A stretch of DNA of 64,000 bases, taken from contig JAVECL010000003.1 of NCBI GenBank assembly GCA_051942245.1, positions 1 to 64,000 of the forward strand. The letters run 5' to 3'. Below the pieces are notes generated by a model, which had not been told where the DNA came from, ran no database searches, and saw only the letters and a program-made list of their open reading frames with translations. Origin of the DNA: Trypethelium eluteriae. Taxonomy: Eukaryota. The first letter of the stretch is position 1, and each line of letters starts with the position of its first letter. Position numbers and translations under genes: made by a program. Below are positions 48,380-60,432 of the stretch, in pieces.

Positions 48380-49454
48380 ATGAATGGGTTGTGTGTGACA
48401 GTATCACTGCTGGCTTTCTTGCTTGCTGCGCTCAGCCAAGCACACTCCGATCAAGTTCCGCTCGGGAGTCATGGTCCGCCTATCAAACTCCAATCCATTC
48501 CTCTCTTAGGTTTTGGCACCTGGAACCTCCGGGTTAGCGCCCAAAATACTTCTGATGCCGTCTCCGCTGCCCTCCAGACTGGTTACCGTCACATTGACTG
48601 TGCCAAGGTCTATGGCAATCAAAAGGAGGTTGGCAACGGCATCGCAAATGGTCTGAAGAAGGCCGGCTTGGAGAGAAACGAAGTTTGGATAACATCAAAG
48701 CTTTGGAATGATCACCATGATCCAGACCGGGTTGAAGAAGGTCTGGACGAAACCCTATCAGAGCTCAACCTCCAATATCTGGATCTCTATCTGATGCATT
48801 GGCCTGTTGCCGCCGAGGGTGGAATGATCGAAGAATCATATGTAGAGGTAAGCTTGCTCGCGCCGAGTCCCTAGGTATTGTAACATTTGTTGACAATTCC
48901 TGCAGACCTGGAAAGCCATGACCAAACTCCTGGACACAGGCAAGACACGCTACATTGGTGTCAGTAACTTCGATCCTCGTCAACTCAAAAACCTCATCAA
49001 GGCGACGTCCCACAAGCCTTCCGTCCATCAAATGGAAATGCATCCATACCTACAACAGAATGAGTGGCTCCAATGGCATGAGGAGAACGGCATTCATGTT
49101 ACGGCTTATTCTCCTCTTGCCAACTTGAACCCCACTTACAAGGAAAAAGAGGCTTCGTCTAAAAAGTCACCGCCGGCGCTCCTGGAAAACCCAGAGCTTA
49201 CGAAAATCGCCAAGAAGCAGGACTGTACGGTTCCTCAGGTCGCACTCAAATGGGGGATTAGCAGAAAGACCTCCGTCATACCCAAAAGTTCTCAAGTTTC
49301 ACACATCCAAGAGAATCACGGAGCACTTGAATGCAGGCTGGAGAGTGACGATTACAAATCCCTGGCCAAGGTTGGAAAGAAGTATCTACACCGATTCAAC
49401 AATCCAAGCAAGTCGTACGGAGTCCCCTTGTTTGAGGGGTTGGACGGTGTCTAA
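48380..49454 (+). CDS. Aldo-keto reductase with a signal-peptide-like N-terminus, 2 exons
   Basis: IPLLGFGTW, GYRHIDCAKVYGNQ, ITSKLWN, LDLYLMHWP, IGVSNF, QMEMHPY, AYSPL and IPKS; intron about 48848-48905. Confidence 0.92.
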
Positions 49455-50252
49455 GGGTGATGAGACTTTACACGCCCGTCAAGCCTTTCACGATGAATGA
49501 TATCTATATCATATTAAAAAGCTGGTTAGGAAAACATTGAAAAGTTACGAGAAATATTAATCATTCGATGTACACTAGCGCCATGTGTTGCTCGCCCTTC
49601 TTGCTCTAAGTCCCTTACCGTGTCATCCATTGCACGGGCGAGAGATCAAGCATATGAGTCACGAGCTATCTTGGCTGGTCTCCTCCGTACTCTGAAGCTG
49701 CTTTGAATCTGGAACTTGACAAAGCCTTCTGGTCGTCAATGCGCCCATCGTGCAATCCTTGGCTTGGCTAAAAGTCTCCTTTCTCCTTTATCATACTGCT
49801 AAACCAGGGATTTGCTCACTGCCATCCACCTCCCGTAGCAGACTGAAGGATGCCTTCCACCTACGTTTGTGTTCTTCTATCTTCATAAGTCTCTGCATCG
49901 ATCTACATCTGTGTGCAACATGATTGTGTCGAGTAGATGTCTGGAGCCGTGACAATGTCTTAGGATTGACATGGACGAAGACATAAGAATAAGAGCCACA
50001 GAAACCGTGGCAGTAACTTATTCTGTGAAGCAACACTGATACGATTTTGACTCTACGCTAGATACTATGAAAGCCAGAACAGCGAAGTGGAAGTACGAGC
50101 TGCATCATTCCCATTGGAAGCTAGTACGATGTACGCTTGACGTCACCAGTCACCCTGTTGTAAGGACCAACGAACAGCGACGAACAATCCTTCGATTAAT
50201 ACTACGATGAAACTCCAAGGCAATCTTCGAGAAATCCATATCCCTTGACGCC

Positions 50253-51230
50253 ATGAGTACCTACGAGCTCCAACGTCTCGAGAAGATCAAACGCAATGCA
50301 GGTCTGCTCAAAGAACTTGGCCTTGACGCGAAGTTAAAGCCGTCATCCCACGACGCCAGACCATCCAAAAAGCGCAAGCTCAATCAGTTCGACGCGCCCC
50401 GACCGACGCGTTCATCCTCACGTATCGCAGCTTCAGAACGCCCTTCATACTCGGATGAGAAAGTCTCTACGACACCAATCCCCTCATCACGCAGCAATAA
50501 CCCCCGCAAGAAGACCACCCGCTCTAAAAACTCCCCTCCACCACAGACGACCAAGGACGAGCCCATCGACGCGTCTATCGCTGGAGTAGAGGAAATCAGG
50601 GCAGGCTGGACAGACTGGAAGGCAGAAGCTCCGTCTCCCACGCGCGACACCCACGGCGCCTTTCGATTCCCGGACCACGCGGACTTCACGCCGAACAAAT
50701 CTCCCGAAGAGATCCTGCGCGAAGGCTGCTTCGGCGGCTCGTACTTTCGCCCGCTGTATTCAAGACACCTCGGGATCACCGTCTCCGATGACTGGAAAGA
50801 GCTGCCGTCGTCCTGGGTCGCGGGGCTGAACGTCGAGCGGGTGCTGGCGAACCCGGAGTACGATGCTGAGGTCAACAAGTTCGGCGTGGCGTGCGGGCAG
50901 AGCATTGAGGAGTGGGAGGCGAGCGGGTGGATCAATCATAAGTACGACGTCAGGGGCTGGTTTCAATGGTATTGTCGTTTCTTTCTGGGGCGGAGGTGTG
51001 AGGATGATGAGAGGCAGATATCGCGGTGGAAGAAGTGCGTGGGGGAGACGGGACGGTGGAGGCGACTTCTGCTGAAGAAATACAAGGCGATGGACGTGCG
51101 GGATGTGTTTGATGATGGGGAAGACGAGGACTCGAGGGAAGTGAGTCCTGTGATGCATCAGACTTGCCATCATTGGGCTTTTGAGGTCAAGCAGGATATC
51201 CTAGATGCCTTTTGGGCGTCGGAGAGGTGA
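50253..51230 (+). CDS. Conserved hypothetical protein with a Trp/Arg-rich C-terminal domain of unknown function
   Basis: 325-aa intronless ORF; N-terminal YELQRLEKIKRNAGLLKELGL and PSKKRK; C-terminal FTPNKSPEEILREGCFGG and RGWFQWYCRFFLGRRCEDDERQISRW. Confidence 0.8.
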   Translation: MSTYELQRLEKIKRNAGLLKELGLDAKLKPSSHDARPSKKRKLNQFDAPRPTRSSSRIAASERPSYSDEKVSTTPIPSSRSNNPRKKTTRSKNSPPPQTTKDEPIDASIAGVEEIRAGWTDWKAEAPSPTRDTHGAFRFPDHADFTPNKSPEEILREGCFGGSYFRPLYSRHLGITVSDDWKELPSSWVAGLNVERVLANPEYDAEVNKFGVACGQSIEEWEASGWINHKYDVRGWFQWYCRFFLGRRCEDDERQISRWKKCVGETGRWRRLLLKKYKAMDVRDVFDDGEDEDSREVSPVMHQTCHHWAFEVKQDILDAFWASER

Positions 51231-51309
51231 CATTACATATCTGGTGGTCAACAAGTCCTAATCAAATGCTGCAATGCTGCATGGCACATTGGCCGTCTAT
51301 TTTCTTTCT

Positions 51310-52991
51310 CTATATTACAGGTAATATCGTCTGTGCAGGCCTTTTCGGGAAAGGAACATTCTCCCAGCGAGGGTGTCCTTCTTGCCCGTCGCCCATGACG
51401 AGCATTTGTTCTACACCGCAGTAGCCTCCCAGGCCCGCAGTAGTTTGCTCAAGTTGCCATGATCCATTAGGTATGTCCGGATCACGATCTTCAGCTACTG
51501 TGCTGTTAGGTTGCCAGGTATAACGCCATACGACGTCTCCTGGTTCCTCGGTACGACGGTAATTGATGCGTATACCAATCAAGTAGGTTAGAAGGCCATG
51601 GATCCAGGTGAATGTGCGCTCGACACGACGCACAAGATGGAGCCAATGAAATGTTGCTTCATCATACGAAACGCGGACATAGGGATTCATGTAAATTCCT
51701 GTTTCTTCCGAAGGTAGAGCGGGCGAGAAGGTCTGTAGACGAGCATGGATAAGGCAACATTCGGATGAGTCCCAGAAGAGCTCGTGGTCGTAGGTAAAGC
51801 GTAGCGGTTTCGTATTAGGAGAGGTCGACGTCGAGAACAAGCTGGTAGATGAAGGCTCCCCATGCTGAAACCATTTTGCATCAAATGCAACCATTCCTCC
51901 CCAGCAGCTACGTACCCGTACTGCATCTTTTTGAGCTAGGACATCGTTCCTGCTCTCGGCCTTCCCGCTGCCGCTGAACCAAGGAAAGAACGGGAGACCG
52001 AGGGAATACCCTTGAAGATCTCTGGTTGCGAAGGTATCGTAGAATTTAAAAGGGTTGATGAAGTCTACAGCGCATGCGGCGCGATAATCAGCCGTTCCAT
52101 TGGCATCGGCATTAGTAGAGAAAAGTAATTGAACAGCATCTACGGGATCGAAGATGACATCATTAAGGAATAAAAGCTTGTCAAAAGTGATTCCGCTTGC
52201 TGGGGAATGCCGATCCTCAAGCGGTCGTAGAGCTCGATTTCGAACGTCGGCAAGGAATGCTATTCTGCGTACTCGCTCCTCTCCGGAAGGAAGAGAGGCT
52301 TTTGGTAGGCGATCAGCGTCGAGGTGTTCTGCAACAATGGAAGTATTGCCTAGAGCAATCAGTTCTGCTGCCGTTCTAGGCTATGAGTTTACTTACATTG
52401 CACCTCACGGCGGAACACGTCCAGAGAAGCGTAGGCAATTTCGTCCGGGTCATTTTCATATACACTAAGGAAAACGTTGTCGGGGCCAAGAAGATCGATC
52501 AGGTCTAGAACGGCCTCTCCCCACGCACCTCCTGTCAAGGTGCCGTCGGGGTCGTAGATACTTGAGGCTATGAAGACCTTCTCATTGAAGAGATTTGCTC
52601 GTCCAGGAACCGAAGAATTGGATGATCGCTCCCTGAGAACGCCATAACGAGCAGGGGCTCGCGTATACGAAGGGAAGAAAATGGCACAAAATACAAGAAA
52701 GATAAAAAGAACATGGGGTAAGATCGCTAGAAAAATACAAAATCGTCGAAAAAAGCGCCTCAGCCTAGATGAGGCCGGTAATGTGCGGTGGTGTACACGA
52801 TAGTCGTGGGAATTGTTCACCTGTTGTTGTCGCGTCCATGGCTGCCGACGGGTAATCCAGGAGACGTTGCGGGGGACGGAGGTCAGTCGGTGGAGAAGGT
52901 AGCTTGCGGCCTCCTGCAAGTAATACGATGAGACCCTTGCCTGCGACGAGGACTTCTCCAAAGGCTCATATCCATTCCATCGGGGAAACAT
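51310..52991 (-). CDS. Glycosyltransferase family 69 (CAP59/Cmt1-like mannosyltransferase), 2 exons
   Basis: Type II transmembrane anchor, VFLSVYEND, RIAFLADVRNRAL, LFLNDV, FYDTFATRD, VRSCWGGM, SECCLIHA and MNPYVRV; intron about 52395-52350. Confidence 0.92.
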
Positions 52992-54762
52992 GAAGGCTGT
53001 CGAGGGGAAGTGGTAGTCGTGTGTCCATTCAGCTCAAGGGTGACCGGTGTGCGGAGGACGTTGGGCGGACCTTGGGGATTATTATCTGTGAATACTCGGT
53101 ACAAGAGACAACACGCCTTCTATGACAGGGGTGCGCAGTGGGTTACCGATCCGAATCCTATGTTAAGCATCACTGGGCGATGCGGAAAGTGATGTGAGGG
53201 CCGTCTTCCTTAGTGAGCTGGGCGTGTGTGGCCTAGAAGATCTCTAACCGTCGAGGGGCTCAGCTGGAGAGGGTGCGCGTTCCCATCTGTTTTTCGCGTC
53301 AGGCGAGCGAGGCTGTGCTGCAGCAAGTGTTCGACCACGAGGTTGACAGGCTGAGCCTTGAGAGCTTCGCAGGTTGCGTACGCTGGATTGACAGATAAAG
53401 GAAGGCTTGCGATATGCTTGGCCTTTCTTTGAGCCGGATATGTACAATCAAAGACCGATACCATTATTGGGGTACAAAGGCTGCGTCAACCGCGTGGCTG
53501 CGAACGTAAGGAGCCTGCACTAGCATCGGACACGCGGTGACTACTTTACGCGGATTGGGCAAAGGGCCCAATGCAAGAAGGGGGGATAGCACAAAGGCTA
53601 CGGGCCATATCGATGCCAGTGCGCCAGGGAGTCCCTCGGTCGAAGGGCGACCGTTGATACATCGCCGCTTCTCGCCTATCTTGGCCGCAATTTCTAGACC
53701 CCACAAGCGCATGGTGATCTAACAAAGATGAACTACTACTCCATACTGCAAAAGGAACAACCTCTGCGGCGTGCTTCACCAATCTCCACCGACAAGAACC
53801 AACGACTTTGACTTTTCCAATTCTATTTAAGTTCGTTACTGTACTGTTGCTTAATTTATCTGACATTGGATCTTCAAAGGAACAGGAAAGTTGGTAAGGC
53901 TGGTAGCGGGCTTGATCGACGTAATCCTCCTCCTTTTTCTGAGTTTACAAAAAAAGGGGTACGGAGTGCCAAGATTCAGGCAATTACCTTACATTACCTT
54001 GATGCCTGCGCATCGTTCTGGGATCTCGGGGATTTGTAGCACCGTGGCCGATAGACGACGTACCGCCTAATTAATGAGCCATTGACCAGACGCGAACCAG
54101 CAAATCACTCCCCACCGTAAACCGTCTTAAAATCTACGCAGGACTCCGTACTGTTTCGTACTACTGATACACGGAGTACGACAAAGCCAATCAATAGACC
54201 TGCTGGCACTTGCCTTCGCCCATACGCTTATGTGAGCTATTCAACTACCAGCCCATGCCGCTGCTCAACTGAACAAGATGATGGATTGCTCGTTCAACTA
54301 GCCATTTACAGACATGCCGCCTAGTCATCAACACGGCTGAGCCGGAAATGAAACGCTGAGCTCGCGACACGCTCGCCAAGCTGAGGCCGGGATCAGAATC
54401 CATGTCCACGACGAGACCCTGGAACGTTCCCAATCACGATAACGATCTCATCGTTTCATCCTATAACTAACTATCAAGACACTGGTGTACCAACCTTACT
54501 ATCGCAGAGACTCGGGCTTCGAATGGCTCTTCGCCCTCCGACAATTGAAACTTTCACCACCGATTGTTTCACGCCGAATTCACCACCAGTGCAACCCCTC
54601 GATATAATGAGACGGGCTTCCAGATCTCGAGGCGACTCTTGAGTGGTAATAGTATTCTCCTGACAAATAGTGAAATCCTCGGTCTGCCGAAGGATGGGTA
54701 TCGATCGTTCATACAACGCTCAAATAGAAAATCAACAAGATTACGACGCTCCAAGTCCGTCC

Positions 54763-55775
54763 TCATGATCGTCCATCCATTCCAAACGCTCGCTTCATCT
54801 TCGACATCAATGCATGTTTCCCGTCCACCCTCGTGCAAGTCCACTGCAGATTGTACCCAGTCCTTCTCTTGTCCTCGCTGCCGTCATCCTGATGCATCCC
54901 AAGCGTCCTCAAATCCAGCAGTCTAACATCGACCTCCCATTTAGTCCCAGTCTCGTCAGACACCTCTTTCCACAATTTCTCCATGCCCTCTTTACTGCCA
55001 AGCCAGAAACCTTTCACTCGACTGTATTGGCCCCCAGTAGACAAGGGCACCTCGTAGTCTACTGGGAAGCCATTTTGCGAGCCCACAAACATGGTTCCCG
55101 GCGCTGGCTTCAATAGCTTGATCAGGCGGGCGGCCACGGCAATCTGCGTATCTCGATTGAAGAGGTGCATGAACTTAGCGCACCAGATGATGTCCATCTG
55201 GCCTTCAAGATCCTTGAGCGGCGACTGCGACTTGAAGATATCCGCCTCCAGGAGCTTGCCCTGGAAGCTCGACCGGTCGTTGTAGAAGTCGAAGCTGAGG
55301 TCGAAGAATCGTGGCTCGACGTCGAAGCCATACATTTTATTGCTTGGTGCTCCTTCGTATGCGAGCTGCCGTAAGTCGGGAGCGATCATGCAGCCGCAGT
55401 CGACGATAGAAGCGCCTGCCTTTAGCCGCGATAAGATGCGATCGTGAGAGGCATGAATCAGAATAGATGGGTTGAGCCATGTCATCTGCCCCACCGAGGG
55501 GTAGGGACAAATCGCCCAAGCTCGGGTTTGCTGAGACGAGAGATCAGTCGCGAGGTCATTAGGGGCGGGGCGAACTGTGTAAATTCGGTAGCACGCACAA
55601 TCGCTTTGATGTGACGCTCGACTCTGTCCGGGGGTACCTTGGCATACTCTTCTATGAATTTGCGCGTCTTTGGTCGCAAGAAGGCGGCTAAGCTGGACGT
55701 GTTCTTAGGCTCCTGAAGCACTTGGTCCTGGTCGTTCGTTGTTGCTGGGCCAGACGGCAGACTTTCCCACGACAT
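54763..55775 (-). CDS. Class I SAM-dependent methyltransferase (AusD/Trt5-like), 2 exons
   Basis: IEEYAKVPP, AWAICPYPSVG after splicing, VDCGCMIAPDLRQLAYEGAP, FMHLFN and FVGSQNG. Confidence 0.85.
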
Positions 55776-56607
55776 TGGTCTGCAGGTGCTCGGACGCAGT
55801 TCCTCGTAGTTTGCACCCGCTAAGCCTTGCCTTCATGCGAACTGGAGTGGTGAGGATGTTTGTTGCCCTTCGCTGTATCGAGCTGTGACACTCACTAGTG
55901 CTTACCGAAGCGTCTTGAAGCGCGCCAGCTTTCCAGGTTTTAAGACCAACGCCGCGCCGCATTTCAGCGAGCCATTCCAAGTACTGGAGTACACGACGGT
56001 ACGGAAGAGTAGTCAGCTGTCACGCCAGCTACAAGCTCGCCAAGGACCGTGGTCGCAGATATCTGTGTCTGCGCCAGAACGCTTTGTGCCTAAGGTAGCA
56101 ACCAAGCAACAAGCACAGTAAGACCCATCCTCTCTCCGAAAATCCAACACCTCCCCTCTGTTTCGCGACAACGTCCGACGAACGCAATTCTTCTTTGCTT
56201 CGAACCTCGCGGTATTTGGATCTCTGAGACTCGAAGAGCAAAATTCAATGGAGTTCCCCCTCTCCGCGTACGACGTGCCTACTCATGCCACTTTCGGCAA
56301 AAGCAGACGAGCCGAGGTACATTTTCGCAAAGAATGGCCTATCTAATGCTCGAACACGACATTCCGGGAAACGTCCCACACAGCAGCCCACACCTGGCTT
56401 TCCCCGCATACTTTTCTTTTGCTGCAGCTAGAGCCAAACAGCCGCATTACTGAACGACACCGACGAGCTACCCGGCAAGAAGGCGTCATGGTGCGTGATA
56501 CATTCAAGGTTCGTTAACCCCTCTGAATTTTCTTCGCCTTTCCACTATCTTTACTTCAACGATCTTTCTTTTGGGGATATTTTACTGGAAGACATTGCTA
56601 ATTCATC

Positions 56608-58437
56608 ATGCCGATTAGATCGAGATGGAGCATAGACATTCCGCGCGTTTCTCTTCCCACGTACCTCTTTGGAGACCCCAACGGCCCTTTACCAGACCAA
56701 ACGCCCTGCTTCCTTGACGCGGACCGTCCTGATAAGCTTTATCTGACTCTTAATACCTTTCGGCTATGGGCCAAAAGATTGGCTCATGGGCTCCGCAAGG
56801 CCGGTCTGAAGGAAGGTGACCGCGTTTTGCTATTTTCCGGCAATACAATATTCTTCCCCGTCGTTGTGCTAGGCGTCATTATGGCTGGGGGCATATTCAC
56901 CGGGGCAAACCCCACGTACGTGGCAAGGGAGCTGGCATATCAATTGAAGGACTCAGAGGCTAGATTCCTCATCGTCGCCGAGGGCAGTCTGGAAACAGCG
57001 CTTCATGCCGCCCATTCAATCGGCATGGACAAGTCGCGAGTGTTCCTTTTCGATGACGGTGCTGACACATTTTATGACGAGGGCGCTGGCAAACAAGGCG
57101 TTCGGCATTGGAGCCATCTCATTGCAACTCCAGAGGAAGGAGCGGCATTTACTTGGGAAAACTTAACCACCGATGACCAACTCAACAGAACCGCGTCTCT
57201 CAACTATTCTTCTGGTACAACCGGAGTTCCGAAGGGTGTCGAGATAACGCACCGAAATTACGTGGCGAACACCTCCCAGGTTGCACATACAGCTAGGCTT
57301 TCTCCTGAATATGAAGACAGGACAAAACGCATGCGCCTCCTGTGTTTTCTACCGATGTATCATGCTATGGCACAGACGATCTTCGGTATCAACTCACCAA
57401 AACGAGGTGTACCAGTGTATATCATGCAAAAGTTCGACTTCCGGAAAATGCTGGACTGTATACAAAAGTATCGGATTACTGATCTGTCATGTGTGCCTCC
57501 TGTTGTGGTTAAGCTCGCCAAAGATCCGATCGTGAAGAACTATGACCTCAGTTCAATAGAAAACGTAGGGGCTGGGGCAGCACCTCTGGGTAGAGAGGTC
57601 TGCGCGGAGTTGGAGCAATTATGGCCGGAGGGCGTAATAAACGTAAAGCAGGGCTGGGGAATGACAGAGTAAGTGGGATCCACTTTTCAAATCCTGAAAT
57701 CTTGTCGGATTCGGCGAGCATTCTGCCAAGTACTAGAGGAATAACGCTGTCGAAATTGCCTCCGCAAAGAAAGCGCGGGTCTAATTTATCTTGGACTAGA
57801 TCAGAGACTGACTATCGATAGGGCTACATGCTCAGTAACAGGCTGGGACCCCGGTGAAAAATCTACGTCGTTCGCAGTCGGGGAATTGAATGCTAATTGT
57901 GAAGCACGAATTATGTCTGATGATGAAACAAACGAAGTCCCCCTTGGTCAACGAGGGGAACTTTGGATACGTGCGCCTAACGTCATGAAAGGCTATTGGC
58001 GAAAGCCTGAGGCAACAACCGCGACCAAGACTTCGGATGGCTGGCTCAAAACTGGCGACATGGCCTTCGTCGACAATGGCAAATTCTTTATCGTTGACCG
58101 AAAGAAGGAGCTCATCAAGGTTCGCGGCAATCAAGTCGCTCCCGCTGAACTCGAAGCACTGCTGCTTGAGCATCCCGAAGTGGCGGATGCTGCAGTGATT
58201 GGTGCATTAATCAATGGGGAGGAACTGCCGAGAGCATACATCGTCAAACAGCTTCAAGCTTCGGTGACAGAGCAAGAAATTCAGCGCTTCATGCAAGAGA
58301 GGACGTCGAGGAACAAGTGGTTAGTTGGGGGAGTTAAATTTTTGGATACGATACCCAAAAATCCTTCTGGTAAAATTCTGAGGAAATCGCTAAGGGACCA
58401 GGCAAAGATGGAGGTTGGCGAGCGTCCGAGACTTTAA
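56608..58437 (+). CDS. 4-coumarate-CoA ligase-like acyl-CoA synthetase (ANL superfamily), 2 exons
   Basis: YSSGTTGVPKG, QGWGMTE, GWLKTGD, DRKKELIK, VAPAELE and PKNPSGKILR; intron about 57670-57821; ends in -PRL. Confidence 0.93.
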
Positions 58438-60432
58438 TGCTGCCAGGGCAGAAGCGTCTTCGAGTAATATCCAAGCGATTCAGCGTCTTCGCAAGTTCCC
58501 GGGACTGTTCATGAGACTATCTTTTTGACGAGCTGCTTCGAGGTGTCCTTCAATGTCCTCTCCTCTGACTTCGCTATTGACTCATGCAATATTCAAAACG
58601 TCTGGGTAGCCCTTCACCTCCTGCCGCACGAAGTCCTTTTGGTGATGTGAGACCTGACAAAGGTTCTAGGGAACAGTTGGCCATCGCCACTAGCTAGAGC
58701 AAGGTCATGTCGTATCTCGAAATTATGGCTGATCGTTTGGTCTGTGCGAAGAGACGTGTGTAGACTCTAATACTAGACGCGATTGCACTTGCCTCCATGA
58801 CTTTTTGCTGCTTGCAGACGATAGACTTGCTTAAACTCTGGAGTTATCAAGTCTTCATAAAGGGTTTCCTTAGTACAGTGAGAACCGGTCCCTTCCACAG
58901 AGGTCACGTGAGAGCACACTAGAAGCATTTCCGTAATATTCGCAATAGTAACTTGGACACATGCATTTCATATCTGTCACCCACAAGCATAGCCAGAAAG
59001 CCATGCGGCTGGGAGTGATTCACTGCCAACGCTTGCTTACCCACGAGCACAGTGGCAAGAGTCGATCGTCAGAGCACCAAGGATATGGACATCGGAGAAA
59101 GGCGACGAGCTATACGATCTACAAGGCAGACAGTCGAGTTGTGGAATAAGCATGACAATGGTACCTCGTTAAGGCTTAGAGCTGGCAGCGAATTTGCAAT
59201 GATCGCAGAGCAAACTAGAAGAGTCAGGCCTCTTACCAAATATTCCGTAATATATCTACGGAGTTCCCGGTAGCTCGTCCTAAGGTTTAAGCTTTTATTC
59301 CGTGCCTTCATGGCATTCTCCCGACGTCCCGGACAACGTCGATCTTTTGGCGTACTCTTAACTTTTCATTACTCGAGTACACGCGGACGCTACGAGAATT
59401 CTTCTCATTCCCATCGGCTTTTACCCTAACTACGTGTTGCTGACAGTGTGCGACTCTGCCAAGCCGGGATGGAAAGCTTGATACTCCCGCATGAACTGGA
59501 ATCAGAATTTTGCCATCATGTAAAAGCACCTCGAGTCATCACAAATTCGGGTACGACACCAAACGTGAGATGCCGGAAGCGATGCTTGGCCTTGTTCAAC
59601 TAGGCACGAGACTACTGTCTCTCCTTACAAGCTTTTGCTACACACCGGTCAAGCGTGGATTTTGGAATGGAAGCTCCCAAAATGACAATACTTGATTACA
59701 GCCAGGCCAACCCTCTAAGCTGGCGTGCGAAAAGTGACGACCAAAGTAGCGGTGAATGAATCTCTACTCAAGACAATTGATAAGTTATTATTCGGAGATG
59801 TTTCCCCAGAGACTGGTCCGTCTTTGAGATGTGGAGGTCTGCAGTGTGATTCGGCCACTGTTGCAGCGGTATTAGTGCGGCTACAAAACACGTTTCAGGC
59901 CATCTTGTGGCACAAACATGTTTATGCCTTGCGGCTCAAAGAAACGTCTTCTTCACATTATAAGCTTCTCATCTCAGACATACTGTCCCGGATGTGGAAC
60001 GTCTTGGCAGTCATGAGAAGAACGACAGGCAGACTGCAACCCGCATAACATGTCATACCGAGCGGCCCTCGTCTCCAAGCACAGACGAGACATGGCTAGA
60101 TGCTTTTAGGGTATACTTATTGCTTCATGCGTCACCGGAATATTTGCAATCCGATTCTCTTCCAATAGATTCACGGTGGCCATGTTTCTCCAATGCCTAC
60201 CCATGGTAGAACTGGAGAGGCTTGGCCTGCATTCGCGTCGTTTAATGCATCGGCTCTATAAAGGTGGACTAGTCCTTCTCCTAGACAAGACCAGCTCTGG
60301 TAGCAAAGTATATGATACCCGTCTCTTGCTCTTCTTGGCTTCTTAAGTCTCTCTCTTCTACTTCTTGGCGTCTTACCCTCCTTCATTCCTACTTTATTTT
60401 CACTTCTATTAATCAACACCTGCCGGCTCAGG

